A stretch of DNA of 62,999 nt, filler included, from Globobulimina sp. (taxonomy: Eukaryota), in the NCBI GenBank assembly GCA_003354225.1. It is 40 parts of 40 records of this genome, joined end to end, with 100 filler letters (N's around TTAATTAATTAA, not from the genome) between each part and the next. Parts side by side here need not be neighbours in the genome. Positions count along the whole stretch, not along the records: positions 47,333 to 48,809 come from PIVH01016068.1; positions 48,910 to 50,386 come from PIVH01016069.1; positions 50,487 to 51,963 come from PIVH01016070.1; positions 52,064 to 53,540 come from PIVH01016071.1; positions 53,641 to 55,117 come from PIVH01016072.1; positions 55,218 to 56,694 come from PIVH01016073.1; positions 56,795 to 58,271 come from PIVH01016074.1; 33 more parts are not named here. One strand, given 5' to 3'. Shown here piece after piece: positions 47,333 to 58,371 of this stretch. Made by a program: the position numbers and the translations under genes. Position 1 is the first letter of the stretch, and the number at the start of each line of letters is the position of its first letter. A model generated the notes under the pieces. The model was not told where the DNA came from. It made no database searches and saw nothing but the letters and a program-made list of their open reading frames with translations.

Positions 47333-48520
47333 CATTCATTATTGCTTCAAATCGTGCAAATGCATCACACATTACATATTCAGCTTGTTGTGGCTTATTC
47401 CAATTGCATATGATGTTTATGTTTGTTTCTGTCCCATCAATGGTCGGCTCAATCGTTGGTTCGGTTGGATAAGTGGTCGTATAATAAGTGGTCGGTTGGA
47501 TAAGTGGTACTAATTTGCTCCAATATATTGTATCAACCGCCGCATTGTCCCCACCAATAACGTATATCTTTTGTCCTGTACTCACCGCACACTTAATGGT
47601 ATCATGCAAAAAATTGAGCAAATGATTGAACAAATAAAAAATACGTTATTACATACAGGCTTGTTTAATTTCGATGGCAAATCAGGTTCATCGAACACTA
47701 AATCAGAAACAGTATCAATTCTCTGTGTTATGTAACTTATGTTGTATTTGCCAATGTCGTCCGAATTTCCACCCAAAACATAAATAGCTGCAGCAAATAC
47801 TACACTTTGTAGTTGATTCCGTGGTTTCGAAAGAGATGAAATGTATTCCCACGTTTGCCTTGATATATTCATAACATGTGTAATATTTATTTTCTCCACG
47901 GTTTCACCACCATCAGTGGCAATTGCATATAAATATCCATTCACTATATCACAGGCGAAGTTGGCTCTTATTCGAATCATATCTGGCCCATCAAACCACA
48001 AACCGCCATCTACATCATAAATTTGAAATTGTTTCACTTTATTTACGTTGTTATCAGTTAGAGAACCACCGATAACAAATATGAATTTACCATCATCTGA
48101 TACAGTTAAGCACGCTCTTGGTCCACCAACTGACATACGCGGAGAAAAAGGATATTGTAGTATTTGTGTGTTCATATTAAATTTTCCGACATAATAATCC
48201 ATGCCGAAATATAGATCATCGTTATGCTGTGCACCGTGACCGCCAGTTTCAATTGACATATTGTAAGATGATGGGCTGTAATATATTGGAAGATTGACTG
48301 TAAATTGATCAGTTAATATATTATAACCAGTCACGTTTGTTCCTTTCAACATAAATATTGTATTTGTTGCGCCATGATATCCGCATTCTGCCCCGGAAAC
48401 AGGTGATGGTAGAGATACATTTGAAATTCGCCAATCTATTAAAGTGGGAGCAGATGTTGCATGGCATTGTGATATTAACGATGTTATCATAAAGGATAAT
48501 TTCAGAGAAGAAATACGTTG
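47333..48520 (-). CDS. Extracellular-type kelch-repeat protein with PT-rich stalk (partial)
   Basis: FVIGG...QIYDVDGGLWFDGPDM, YVLGG, YVIGG; PTEPTIEPT linker; hydrophobic N-terminus. Confidence 0.75.
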
Positions 48521-49241
48521 ACTTTGTTTCAACAAAATAATTAACAAAATAATTATCTTCACAAAATATGCATTTGATTGTTCATCATATAAAAATGTGG
48601 GATCCTCGTCATCGGCCTTTGCTTTCCTCTCATCCTCCAATGCGCGCCTTGCTTTTTCCAAATTGCGGCGTTCCTCCTCCAACTGCCTACGCCGAGCCTC
48701 ATCATCTCTGTCTTTCTGTCGTTGCAATTTCTCGGCATCGCGTTTCTTTCGATCCAATTCGTCCTGTAATGCATCTGCTTCTTCTTGCATTTTACGTCGC
48801 AAACTACAANNNNNNNNNNNNNNNNNNNNNNNNNNNNNNNNNNNNNNNNNNNNTTAATTAATTAANNNNNNNNNNNNNNNNNNNNNNNNNNNNNNNNNNN
48901 NNNNNNNNNAAGGATAAAGAGAACAAAGATGTTGTAATAATAATATAATTAACTCGAGCTCTTCCATTTTCTGCTTCACCTTCATCCACACAAAACAACA
49001 TATTAAAATGAATGCACACACTCCCAATAGGCTCTTTGCTTCTGTTGTTGACAATTTCTTAATCAATACATCAATGTAAACATTCAACTTCTTCATTGCT
49101 TAGGATGTAAATACGGTAATTTCAGTCAAAGTGAATCGAAAATGCGCTGATTTATCAGTTATTGCGTAACATTTTTAAGGGCCTTCATCCTTAGAAAGTA
49201 TTACATAATTAACAACATTTGAAAGAAAGACAGTTATAGGA

Positions 49242-49973
49242 TTACCACCCTCTATTCTTGATTTCTTTCTTTTGTGATTTAGAAGTTCGTTGTTTTATAT
49301 TATATTCTTTTTCCAGTTCCTTATATTCCTTTGGCATGGAACTCTCAATGCGTTCCCTTTCCGGGTAACAACATTCCTCAAAAATTTCTTTCAATCGTTT
49401 ATTTGCTTCATTTTTATTATCATATTGAGTCCGATGCGTATCAGAAACTAGTATAAATTCATTATTTTTATTAATTCTTCCTTTTTGTCGTTCTTGTAAT
49501 CGCTGAATAACTTCCTCTGGAATCCAATCAGAATCATTTAAATCGATGCGAACTTCAACTTTTGTTGCAACTTTGTTTACATTTTGCCCGCCGGGGCCAG
49601 AGCTTCGACAACAAGAAATATCCAATTTTTCAAATGGTATATCCACTTTGTAGTCTTTTTGCACATCTGAGCGGTCGTATTTTGATCTCCATTCTTTCTG
49701 TTGTTTTGTTAAGTGTCCGATAGCATATATATTTAGAAAATACTTGAAATTTCCATACCATCACATCAGTTTTGTTAATTGCGACTTTTTTACCAAAGTA
49801 TCTGTATGAATGGTAGTGATTTATTGCAAATGTGGAGACTGAGTGCCAATATGGGCGCAAATACGTTATCTAATACAGTTATATTTTTAAACAACACTTT
49901 CATGATAACTTGAATAATAACATACATTCTTACCAATATTTCCTAGTTTCATACAAGATATCCGTGCCGTCAT
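49242..49973 (-). CDS. ICT1: Mitochondrial peptidyl-tRNA hydrolase ICT1/ArfB (mL62)-like, spliced
   Basis: RSSGPGGQNVNKVATKVEVR, WIPEEV, RINK...SDTHRTQYDN, basic C-tail; 5' exon structure and start approximate. Confidence 0.88.
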
Positions 49974-50098
49974 TCTGCAATTATTCAAATCAACTTTAAA
50001 AAACTTTGACTGTTTTTGTCAGATGGCAGCTGACTACGCAAAAACGAAACATTATATTTAGTATTATTTATTAATTGTAAATATTAATTGTTAAGAAA

Positions 50099-50386
50099 AT
50101 GGGCACTTGTTTTGGGTATGTTATCTGACCAGAAACGATATAATAATTATAAACTATGTAAACAAAACAGCTGTACATCTGCCGCCACAGAATCAAACGT
50201 CATGATGATTGGATTAGATGGTGCAGGGAAAGTATGTTAATACATTTATTAGCAATACATTGCAATTGATATTCCAATGCAAATATTTAACACAGACAAC
50301 AGTTTTACAACATTTAAAAAAAGAATCAGTGGATGAAACGCTTCCGACATTGGGGTTTAATGTCGAACAATTTGCATTTGACGGGT
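50099..50386 (+). CDS. ARF/ARL small GTPase, 5' part
   Basis: MGTCFG...MIGLDGAGK|TTVL...PTLGFNVE; introns 50116-50170 and 50232-50295. Confidence 0.9.
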
Positions 50387-50702
50387 NNNNNNNNNNNNNN
50401 NNNNNNNNNNNNNNNNNNNNNNNNNNNNNNTTAATTAATTAANNNNNNNNNNNNNNNNNNNNNNNNNNNNNNNNNNNNNNNNNNNNGCCGTTTTTAGTTG
50501 ATGCATTAGGAAATGATTTATCAATAGTATTTTTAACAAAAAGAAAATATAAACTACCTTCTGGAAGAACGGCAAAATGTAAATTTGATAAAACAATTAT
50601 ATCGGATTGCAAAAAAACATTTGGTAGTTGTTTAAACGGATATTGGAAAATTCCAGATGAGTTTATAATATAATTTTTAGACATATATAATATAGGGGAA
50701 TT

Positions 50703-50954
50703 ATGAATAAGTATAAAGAATTATTTGAACGCTGGAATAAAGTATGTGGGGGAATGCAAAAGTTGTCTGCATATGTGCAAAATGATTTAGATAGGCTGTT
50801 GGATGAGGGGCATGTTTCAAAAGAAATAATTTTAAAATCTGTTATTGAATTCGATACCTTATTCCAAAAGAATAAACAAGAGCAAGAAAAATTATTTTTC
50901 GAAATAAAGTCTTTTCTATTAGCTAAAGCAACAAATAATAACCGGACAAAATAA
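50703..50954 (+). CDS. Small hypothetical protein (phage/prokaryote-like contig)
   Basis: AGGGG Shine-Dalgarno-like site upstream; co-directional with neighbours. Confidence 0.6.
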   Translation: MNKYKELFERWNKVCGGMQKLSAYVQNDLDRLLDEGHVSKEIILKSVIEFDTLFQKNKQEQEKLFFEIKSFLLAKATNNNRTK

Positions 50955-50982
50955 TACTTATGTTATATAAGGAGAAAAAGTT

Positions 50983-51153
50983 ATGGGGAAATCACAAATA
51001 ATAAAAAAAACAATTAAGCGATGGGAAGAAGCATTAAGCAATACAAGATCAAAAGAATGTGAAGGCTACACTGATGAGTGTATTCAGGGAGTAATGGAAG
51101 GATTAATATTAGAGTTTCTTGATGATCTAAAAGATATTAAAAAGGAGAAATAG
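50983..51153 (+). CDS. Small hypothetical protein, 56 aa (below the ORF-track cut-off)
   Basis: AAGGAG upstream; MGKSQIIKK...KKEK*. Confidence 0.6.
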   Translation: MGKSQIIKKTIKRWEEALSNTRSKECEGYTDECIQGVMEGLILEFLDDLKDIKKEK

Positions 51154-51165
51154 AAAGGAAATAAA

Positions 51166-51570
51166 ATGAATAGAAAAGTTATGAACCATAAAATTAATAT
51201 TACAGATATGCAATTAGTAAGAAAAGGAAAGTGCCAACCGGATAAATGTAAATCTGCTTGTTGTAAATTTTATATGACTACTCAAACTAATAACATGGAT
51301 GATTATATTGAGGGATTTTTTGAAAATACAAATAAATTCGGAGATCATTATATAATAAAAAATTGTAAACATTTAGATGTTAAAAAAAATAAATGTAAGG
51401 CATGGGGAAAAGATAATTTCCCAGAAGTATGCAAGCAGTTTCCTAACCCTACTGATTCTGTCTACAAACATTGTTTTGATGCTTGTACTTTTAAATTTGA
51501 AATGGAACCAGTTGAATCTACTGAAGAAGATAAAGATTTAGTTGTAGCAATAGAAAACACATCTATGTGA
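51166..51570 (+). CDS. YkgJ-like (CxxCxxCC) cysteine-cluster protein
   Basis: KCQPDKCKSACC...CKHLD...CKAW...PEVCKQFP; AAGGA upstream. Confidence 0.75.
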   Translation: MNRKVMNHKINITDMQLVRKGKCQPDKCKSACCKFYMTTQTNNMDDYIEGFFENTNKFGDHYIIKNCKHLDVKKNKCKAWGKDNFPEVCKQFPNPTDSVYKHCFDACTFKFEMEPVESTEEDKDLVVAIENTSM

Positions 51571-51620
51571 CATAAGGAGACTTTTATCACATAGGAGTAT
51601 ATACAAAAAAGGACAAAATT

Positions 51621-51881
51621 ATGATTTATAAATTTTTTAACAGTAAATTGATGAAAATGTTTTTAAAGAAATTTACAAATATTTCTTCTATTAAAATTAA
51701 TTATGTTGAAAATTATTATAGTCAAGAAAAAACAATTGATGAAGAAGTGAAGCAAATTGTAGGATTATATGATAGCATATCAGAAAAAATGAAAAAACCA
51801 CCTGTCACAAATTTTTATTTAAGGGAAGATGCTGATAAAAATATAAGCTATATTCTATTTGAACATGAAATAAAAAAATAA
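51621..51881 (+). CDS. Small hypothetical protein (phage/prokaryote-like contig)
   Basis: AAGGA upstream; same strand as the cluster. Confidence 0.55.
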   Translation: MIYKFFNSKLMKMFLKKFTNISSIKINYVENYYSQEKTIDEEVKQIVGLYDSISEKMKKPPVTNFYLREDADKNISYILFEHEIKK

Positions 51882-52188
51882 AAACCACTTGACTAAAACA
51901 AGACAAAATATTATGCAGATTAAAGGAGGAAAAGTTATAAACCACTTTGAGCAGGGTAAAGCTNNNNNNNNNNNNNNNNNNNNNNNNNNNNNNNNNNNNN
52001 NNNNNNNTTAATTAATTAANNNNNNNNNNNNNNNNNNNNNNNNNNNNNNNNNNNNNNNNNNNNTTATTTTTTTTATCTAGGAGTTATGCATACAATATAA
52101 ATCCGAGAATTATATAAATCCGAGAATTATTTTTTTTAATACTTCAGGTATTGACGTCTGTATAAGTCTGTATTGTTGCCCTTAAGAT

Positions 52189-52941
52189 TTATGGGTGCTG
52201 AATAATAATATCATCAACAACAGATATGACACAAACATATTTTTCATTTGGTAATCTTAGAGGAGCAGAATATACCAACAATTTAAGAGCATCTACACTG
52301 ATTCCATTGAGAATATATTGCTGCAATCTATCAAAATGGTTTAATGATAAAATATTGTCATTTTGCATGAAATGTCCCAAATTATTTTTGAAATGAACAG
52401 AATGAGCATGCAAGTCATACCCAACAATGTCAATAGTTTCTGTTTCTTTACCATTTGCACATCTCCATATTTCTGGGATTTCTTCTTTGTTTTTGCCATT
52501 ATATCTATACTGCACAACACCTCCTTTTCCAAATTTTGGACGTAAAACCAATCTCAATTTTGTAAAAGCTATCGATGATTCACCAATATCAGAAAATACT
52601 GTCGATTTTGCTCTTAAAACAGACGGAATAATAGGTTGTAGAGGATGGTATATAATATCATTCCTATTTTCTTCATTCGATACTCTGTAACTAAATGTAT
52701 CAATTTTTTCAAAACAATACACTTTGTTATCTTTATTTTGTTTCATCATTATTTTGTATGACAATAAAGGATGCAATTCATCAAACGGTATTGGATATGA
52801 ATACAACTGGATCATGCATTTAATGTCATCATTAATGAATGAAACTGTGGTGCAATTCCGACACCAGTGATCCATAATGATTTCACGTGTTTTATATCCT
52901 GTTGGTTGCTGTTTATTTATACTGTCAGCATTGGCTTCCAT
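52189..52941 (-). CDS. Hypothetical protein
   Basis: Complete intronless 250-aa ORF; no motif recognised. Confidence 0.55.
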   Translation of the reverse strand: MEANADSINKQQPTGYKTREIIMDHWCRNCTTVSFINDDIKCMIQLYSYPIPFDELHPLLSYKIMMKQNKDNKVYCFEKIDTFSYRVSNEENRNDIIYHPLQPIIPSVLRAKSTVFSDIGESSIAFTKLRLVLRPKFGKGGVVQYRYNGKNKEEIPEIWRCANGKETETIDIVGYDLHAHSVHFKNNLGHFMQNDNILSLNHFDRLQQYILNGISVDALKLLVYSAPLRLPNEKYVCVISVVDDIIIQHP

Positions 52942-53025
52942 TTGAACAGAATTAAGTCGTATTTAAGTATAAAAAAAAAGTCCGCCCTAACAATCTATTT
53001 TAATTTATAGAAGTCATATGCAAGT

Positions 53026-53540
53026 TTATCTAAACCAGATCCACATCGATATATTTGTTATCAGCGAAAAGGCAAACATAATATTTGCCATTCTTTTCCA
53101 ATTTATATTTTCTTCATCACCTTGTAAGTGTGTCCAATCCCAAAAAGATTGAATATATTTATTTTTCGAATCAGTTTTCTGTTTAATTTGCATCAAAGGC
53201 GAGATTTGCTTATTTTCAGTCTCTTTATCACTTTCAACATCATTATCTTTAGCGACTTTACCGAAGCTAATATCGCCCTCATCAATAATATCGTTGCTCA
53301 AATATTGTTTTTGTTTTTCTTTCATTGTTTTTACTGTCCAATATGTCAAGCCATCAACTTGTGTTTCAAAATCAGGAGCTTTGGTCATTAATGATACAAC
53401 AATCAATGCCAACGAACATATAACAAACAAAAACATAGCAAAATACAGATAATTTGACTGACAAAATATGTTTTGACAGTATTTATCTTCCAGAACTATA
53501 CCAAAGATAAACCGCGGCATTCCCAACAACAAACCAATAG
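53026..53540 (-). CDS. Sodium:solute symporter (SLC5/SGLT-like), C-terminus
   Basis: GLLLGMPRF...NYLYFAMFLF...IVVSLMTKAP...GLTYW and terminal TM helix. Confidence 0.8.
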
Positions 53541-54051
53541 NNNNNNNNNNNNNNNNNNNNNNNNNNNNNNNNNNNNNNNNNNNNTTAATTAATTAANNNN
53601 NNNNNNNNNNNNNNNNNNNNNNNNNNNNNNNNNNNNNNNNGTCTCAGCAACGATATCAAGGTTATCAACCCAATTAAAAAGTTAATGTGATATAAAATAT
53701 GTAAGTAATTGTTTATTATGTCCTTTTACATATTAATACGGTTGACATAATTCAGTATTTATTCGTTTAGTCTGTTAAATATTGATTGTTTACTTTCAAT
53801 TCACTTAAATGCACAATGTCTTTGAAAGCGACAAATTAATACATAATGCAGACAATTCTGACAATAGAACAAAACAACAACAAAAAAATATTTGCACAAT
53901 TCATTATCTAATTTATATGAAACTAAAACAAACAAAAATATCATATAATAATATTAATTTTGCTTTTTATGTCACAAATTCAGACCAAACACAAAATTGA
54001 AGGAGAAAAAAGCATAAAAATAAAATTAACGAACGGGATTCAATTCAATCG

Positions 54052-54800
54052 TTAGATTGGTGTGACATTTGGATTATTTTTCAACCATCGATCAATTGCT
54101 CGTTTCAGAATTTTATTGGGATACAAATCATTCCTTCCCATAGCTTGTTGATTAAAGGGATCCGTCCCATAGTCATCGACGTGTTTTACTATCATGGCTC
54201 TATCATACGTCCGTCCACTTGTTTTGCTCGTGACCGGATCATTCATTATCTCATACATTATTGGGTCGATATAACAGTTTGGTACCACAGCACCGCTCAC
54301 ACTGTTCGATGTTGAATAGCATGACATGCCATAATATTCCTTATCTTTGTCAAAAAAATCACCATCACTTTGTGTCAATCCATCCATTAAATTATTACAC
54401 TTTTTATCGTCATTAACATTAATATTTGCTTTCAATTTGTTTATTCGCGCCATTTGTTTCATGACATGCAATTTTTCCATATTTTTATATATATTGTGGT
54501 GGTTTGTAGGTGACGGTAATATGGAATTACTTGTATTTGTATCATTTGATTTTGTCGATAATGATAGTTCATCATTTTTCAATTTGTTTATGTTTGATTT
54601 TGTTTTATATTTTATAACAATCCAATTATTTTCTACATAGATGCACATTGATGGTACTTGTTGCATTGCGGCGGAACGAATTAATAATTTTTGTCCCACA
54701 TAATAGCAATTTTTATTTTTTTCACCATCGTCCACTGGAAATGTCCATTCTGAGGGGAAAAATTCATCGTTTTCATCAATAATGTCCTGTTTCTTATTTA
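54052..54800 (-). CDS. U-box protein, C-terminal part
   Basis: VPNCYIDPIMYEIMNDPV...SGRTYDRAMIVKHV...TDPFNQQAM...LYPNKILKRAIDRW. Confidence 0.9.
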
Positions 54801-54816
54801 TATCATTTGTTTTCAG

Positions 54817-55117
54817 GTCTAACAATCGACTCTAGTATCATGCTGGGACAATTCGGCACTTTGACGGCATTGAATTGCAATACAGAAACAGATTCAACTT
54901 TCCCAATGGAAACATTAGCTAGTCAATTATGTCAACATGTCGTTGGAATGAATCCACAAAGTTTAGGTACCATGCCTTTAGCTGATACTGAGGAAATAGA
55001 GAAAGAGTCTGAGGAAAAGACAGAGTCTGAGGAGGATGAAGAAGAGATGACAACAAATCTTAGTAATGAAACTGAATTGTTAAAACAAGACTTTTTATTA
55101 AAACCTGATATCAAAGT
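54817..55117 (+). CDS. Mitochondrial elongation factor Ts exon (TSFM-like)
   Basis: LGQFGTL...LASQLCQHVVGMNPQSLG...ETELLKQDFLLKPDIK; preceded by a tttcag acceptor. Confidence 0.8.
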
Positions 55118-55307
55118 NNNNNNNNNNNNNNNNNNNNNNNNNNNNNNNNNNNNNNNNNNNNTTAATTAATTAANNNNNNNNNNNNNNNNNNNNNNNNNNN
55201 NNNNNNNNNNNNNNNNNTCATATTTAATTTGTCCAACGTCTTCGGTTTTTTTTTTGTTTTGAAAAACTTTTTTTGACTAAATCTATAGTGAGTGTTGTCG
55301 TTTAACG

Positions 55308-56456
55308 TCAGAGTGATTGAATGTTAATTGGCAGTTCATCTTTATTTGGTCGACCTTTGTGATTGGTTTTACACGAATGATACAACCAATAACAAAATAA
55401 GACGAGGCCAATTATAGTCAAAGTTATGGATACAACTAAGTCCGCTAAATTATCAATAAATCCTCGGGTTGTTAATATAATCGCTCCACAAAATATCAAA
55501 TACATAATCAAAACATGGAATGAATGTTGGTTTAAATATGGCGATAAATAATTACCAATAATCAATCCGATAAATCCACCGATTACTATGGCAACATAAT
55601 GTATTATATGATCTTTATGCAACTTTTTATTTATAATTAATAACTGTATGACAGCCACAGTCTCACTCAATATCATTGCACACGCGGTTGATGCACGAAA
55701 TTCATCTTTATTTATATTTGTCAACAATGCAAAAAACATAAGTGGGACTCCCGCAACACCCCACAAACCACGCAATAATCCAGAGATCATACCCAATATA
55801 ATCAGCACCAATGCTTTTGTACATGAATCTACTTCCCATTCAATACCGTTTTCCTCCTCCATTAACCGTATAGATACGGCACTGTTTGGTGCAAGATCAT
55901 CAATACTCGTACTGTTACTGCTGGATGTGTTTTCCATCAAATTCAGCACAGCATCATCCTGTATTTTACTGCATGCTATATTTGCCAACATAACATAATT
56001 GCAGGTAACTACCTGATTTTGCTGTTGTAGAGACTGTAGATGCAATGCGATATTGCTTTGTTTGTATTTTCTATATTGCAGATAACAAAGCATGAGGAAC
56101 GAGATTAGCAAAAATATTCCCAATGCACGAGCTAACCAAATGGTATCGTTACGTTTCAGAATAAAAATGCCCAACACAGTGAAACATGCAGTGCTTATGC
56201 CAAAGAATAATACAAAATTAATGTTCCAATGTTGACGGAGATATCCAGCTTCAACAAATGCCATTGGCAATAAAGCAATGGTTAAATACACATTTGCTTG
56301 GGTTAATGTCTCAGAGGTGAAGATTCCCATTGATCCTAGCATGAAATAACCGATTTCAAATATTAACGCAACGCCTAACGAAGTCATTCCAAAGGAACTG
56401 CCACCGAGAAGCGATAAGATCCCTAATAAAAGTGGCTCAGTGATTGTATTTACCAT
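55308..56456 (-). CDS. TauE/SafE (sulfite exporter-like) membrane protein
   Basis: Two hydrophobic halves with GGSSFG and GMISGLLRGLWGVAGVPLM...KDEFRAS; GGFIGLIIG. Confidence 0.72.
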   Translation of the reverse strand: MVNTITEPLLLGILSLLGGSSFGMTSLGVALIFEIGYFMLGSMGIFTSETLTQANVYLTIALLPMAFVEAGYLRQHWNINFVLFFGISTACFTVLGIFILKRNDTIWLARALGIFLLISFLMLCYLQYRKYKQSNIALHLQSLQQQNQVVTCNYVMLANIACSKIQDDAVLNLMENTSSSNSTSIDDLAPNSAVSIRLMEEENGIEWEVDSCTKALVLIILGMISGLLRGLWGVAGVPLMFFALLTNINKDEFRASTACAMILSETVAVIQLLIINKKLHKDHIIHYVAIVIGGFIGLIIGNYLSPYLNQHSFHVLIMYLIFCGAIILTTRGFIDNLADLVVSITLTIIGLVLFCYWLYHSCKTNHKGRPNKDELPINIQSL

Positions 56457-56829
56457 GATTTAAAGCTCAAAGATGTTTTTGCGCAAACAATCGTTTATTC
56501 ATATGGATCCAGTCCAAAAGAGGCTGGGCGTTCTAAATAGTTACAAAATAGTTACGCCTAACTATTTTGTAACTTTTTAGTAACTATTTAACAATGGTGC
56601 GAAACCATTATTACTCGTACATTTGTGTCATTGCCGACATTTACAAATCCTCTCAAAAGTCAACAACACTCCAAAAATCATCACCATACAACAANNNNNN
56701 NNNNNNNNNNNNNNNNNNNNNNNNNNNNNNNNNNNNNNTTAATTAATTAANNNNNNNNNNNNNNNNNNNNNNNNNNNNNNNNNNNNNNNNNNNNAAAAGA
56801 AGACTCATATGAAAAACAATGTTATTGGT

Positions 56830-57830
56830 TAGCAATGCAATTAAGCGATCAATACGTAAATACTACAAAATATCCCAATTATAACGTTGATTTACTCGAT
56901 GCTGACAACAGTGGCGCTGGTATGTAATACATGTAATATTATAATAAATAAAAATAAATATACATAACAACCTAAAAAGGCATTGTTTTTACAATGTTGA
57001 ATGGCCAATTTTGTGCAGATGGGCACAATATGAACCGTCAATTGTCCGTTTCGTTAAAGTGTCCAGATTCGACTCAAACAGAATGGGATACGGATTTAGC
57101 AAATGTGATAAGCGAACCAGTGACAGAATCGCCAATTTGTGTTTATAAACTTACATTTGAGTCACCATTGGCCTGCCCCCAACAATGTATCAGTAAGCAA
57201 ACTACCAATGGATATGCCATATGTTCGACGCATGGAATATGTGCAGCTGATCCCAATGCGGGATATTCTCATTGTATTTGTGATAATGGATTTGGTGGCG
57301 ACTTGTGTCAGAACATAATATCTGGTGTCACCGTATTGGATGTAGGCAATGAAGATTTGATGGGTGCCATTATCATTTGTATTGTTATAACGGCCATATG
57401 TTGCGGTGTCGCAGTTTATTTATGGTATCATTGGCGGAAAGGGATGAAAATGGATAAGATGTTGGATAGAAATGAATATTTTTTGAAAATTGATGATGAG
57501 GTGGAAGAGGATGATGATACAAGAAATGCTGGAATTCGTCAGAAAACAACAACGGATACATTCCATCCGGTGCTTACTGCGGATATTGAAACTGCGAAAT
57601 TTATACAAATTCAACAGAGGAGGCAAAGAAAAGAAATTGTGGGAAATGAGGTTGACGATGAAGATGAACATGAAAAGGGAAAGGAAAAAGAGGTTCAAGT
57701 TAAAAAAGAGGACGCAAAGCAAAGTGAAACCGAAGAGACTGAGGAAGATCATCGGAAAAATATAGAAAATTATGAAAGTGATCCAGATGAAGAAGTTCCT
57801 GGTGATGATGAAATTCATTATGTTGAATGA
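56830..57830 (+). CDS. Type I membrane protein: mannose-6-phosphate-receptor-like domain + EGF + TM + acidic tail (5'-truncated)
   Basis: NGQFC...RQLSVSLKC...ESPICVYKLTFESPLACP; CSTHGIC...CICDNGFGGDLC; TM AIIICIVITAICCGVAVYLWY. Confidence 0.75.
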
Positions 57831-57948
57831 TAATATAAATTACTACTTATTAATAATTCTTTAAATACAAAACGTGTAGATACGGTTGTAAAAATGTAAA
57901 CATTCGCCACTTTCTTAGAGTTTTGAAGTGTGATAGCTTACTGACACA

Positions 57949-58271
57949 ATGTTTAGCACTATGGATATATGCTCATCGCCTGGTATTACTGGTCCATGTT
58001 CTCTGTTAGTTGACAGATGGTACTACAATGTGGATGAAGGTAAATGTAAATATTTTACATATAGCGGATGTGGCGGAAATGAGAATAATTTCCAAACGTT
58101 ACAGCTATGTCAAGATACATGTCTGGATGTTGCAACTACAACATTTGACTCTGATGATGCAGCATTTATTAACACCTATCATATCGCAGGATTTATCCTG
58201 ATATTTATTGTGGTTTACTTATTTTTTTGCTTATATTATTTGTCGAGAAAACAAGAAAATAAACCATTTGA
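57949..58271 (+). CDS. Kunitz/BPTI domain protein with C-terminal TM segment
   Basis: CSSPGITGPC...RWYYN...CKYFTYSGCGGNENNFQTLQLCQDTC (all six Cys). Confidence 0.92.
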
Positions 58272-58371
58272 NNNNNNNNNNNNNNNNNNNNNNNNNNNNN
58301 NNNNNNNNNNNNNNNTTAATTAATTAANNNNNNNNNNNNNNNNNNNNNNNNNNNNNNNNNNNNNNNNNNNN

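Noticed and set aside
48560-48809. Charged coiled-coil segment in frame with the kelch protein as a novel fusion
   Set aside because: Abrupt compositional change near 48570 and a hydrophobic signal-like segment downstream suggest a separate gene or chimera; cannot be supported as one protein.
51066-51110. CTGATGAG hammerhead-like core
   Set aside because: No stem II followed by GAAA, and it lies inside a plausible ORF.
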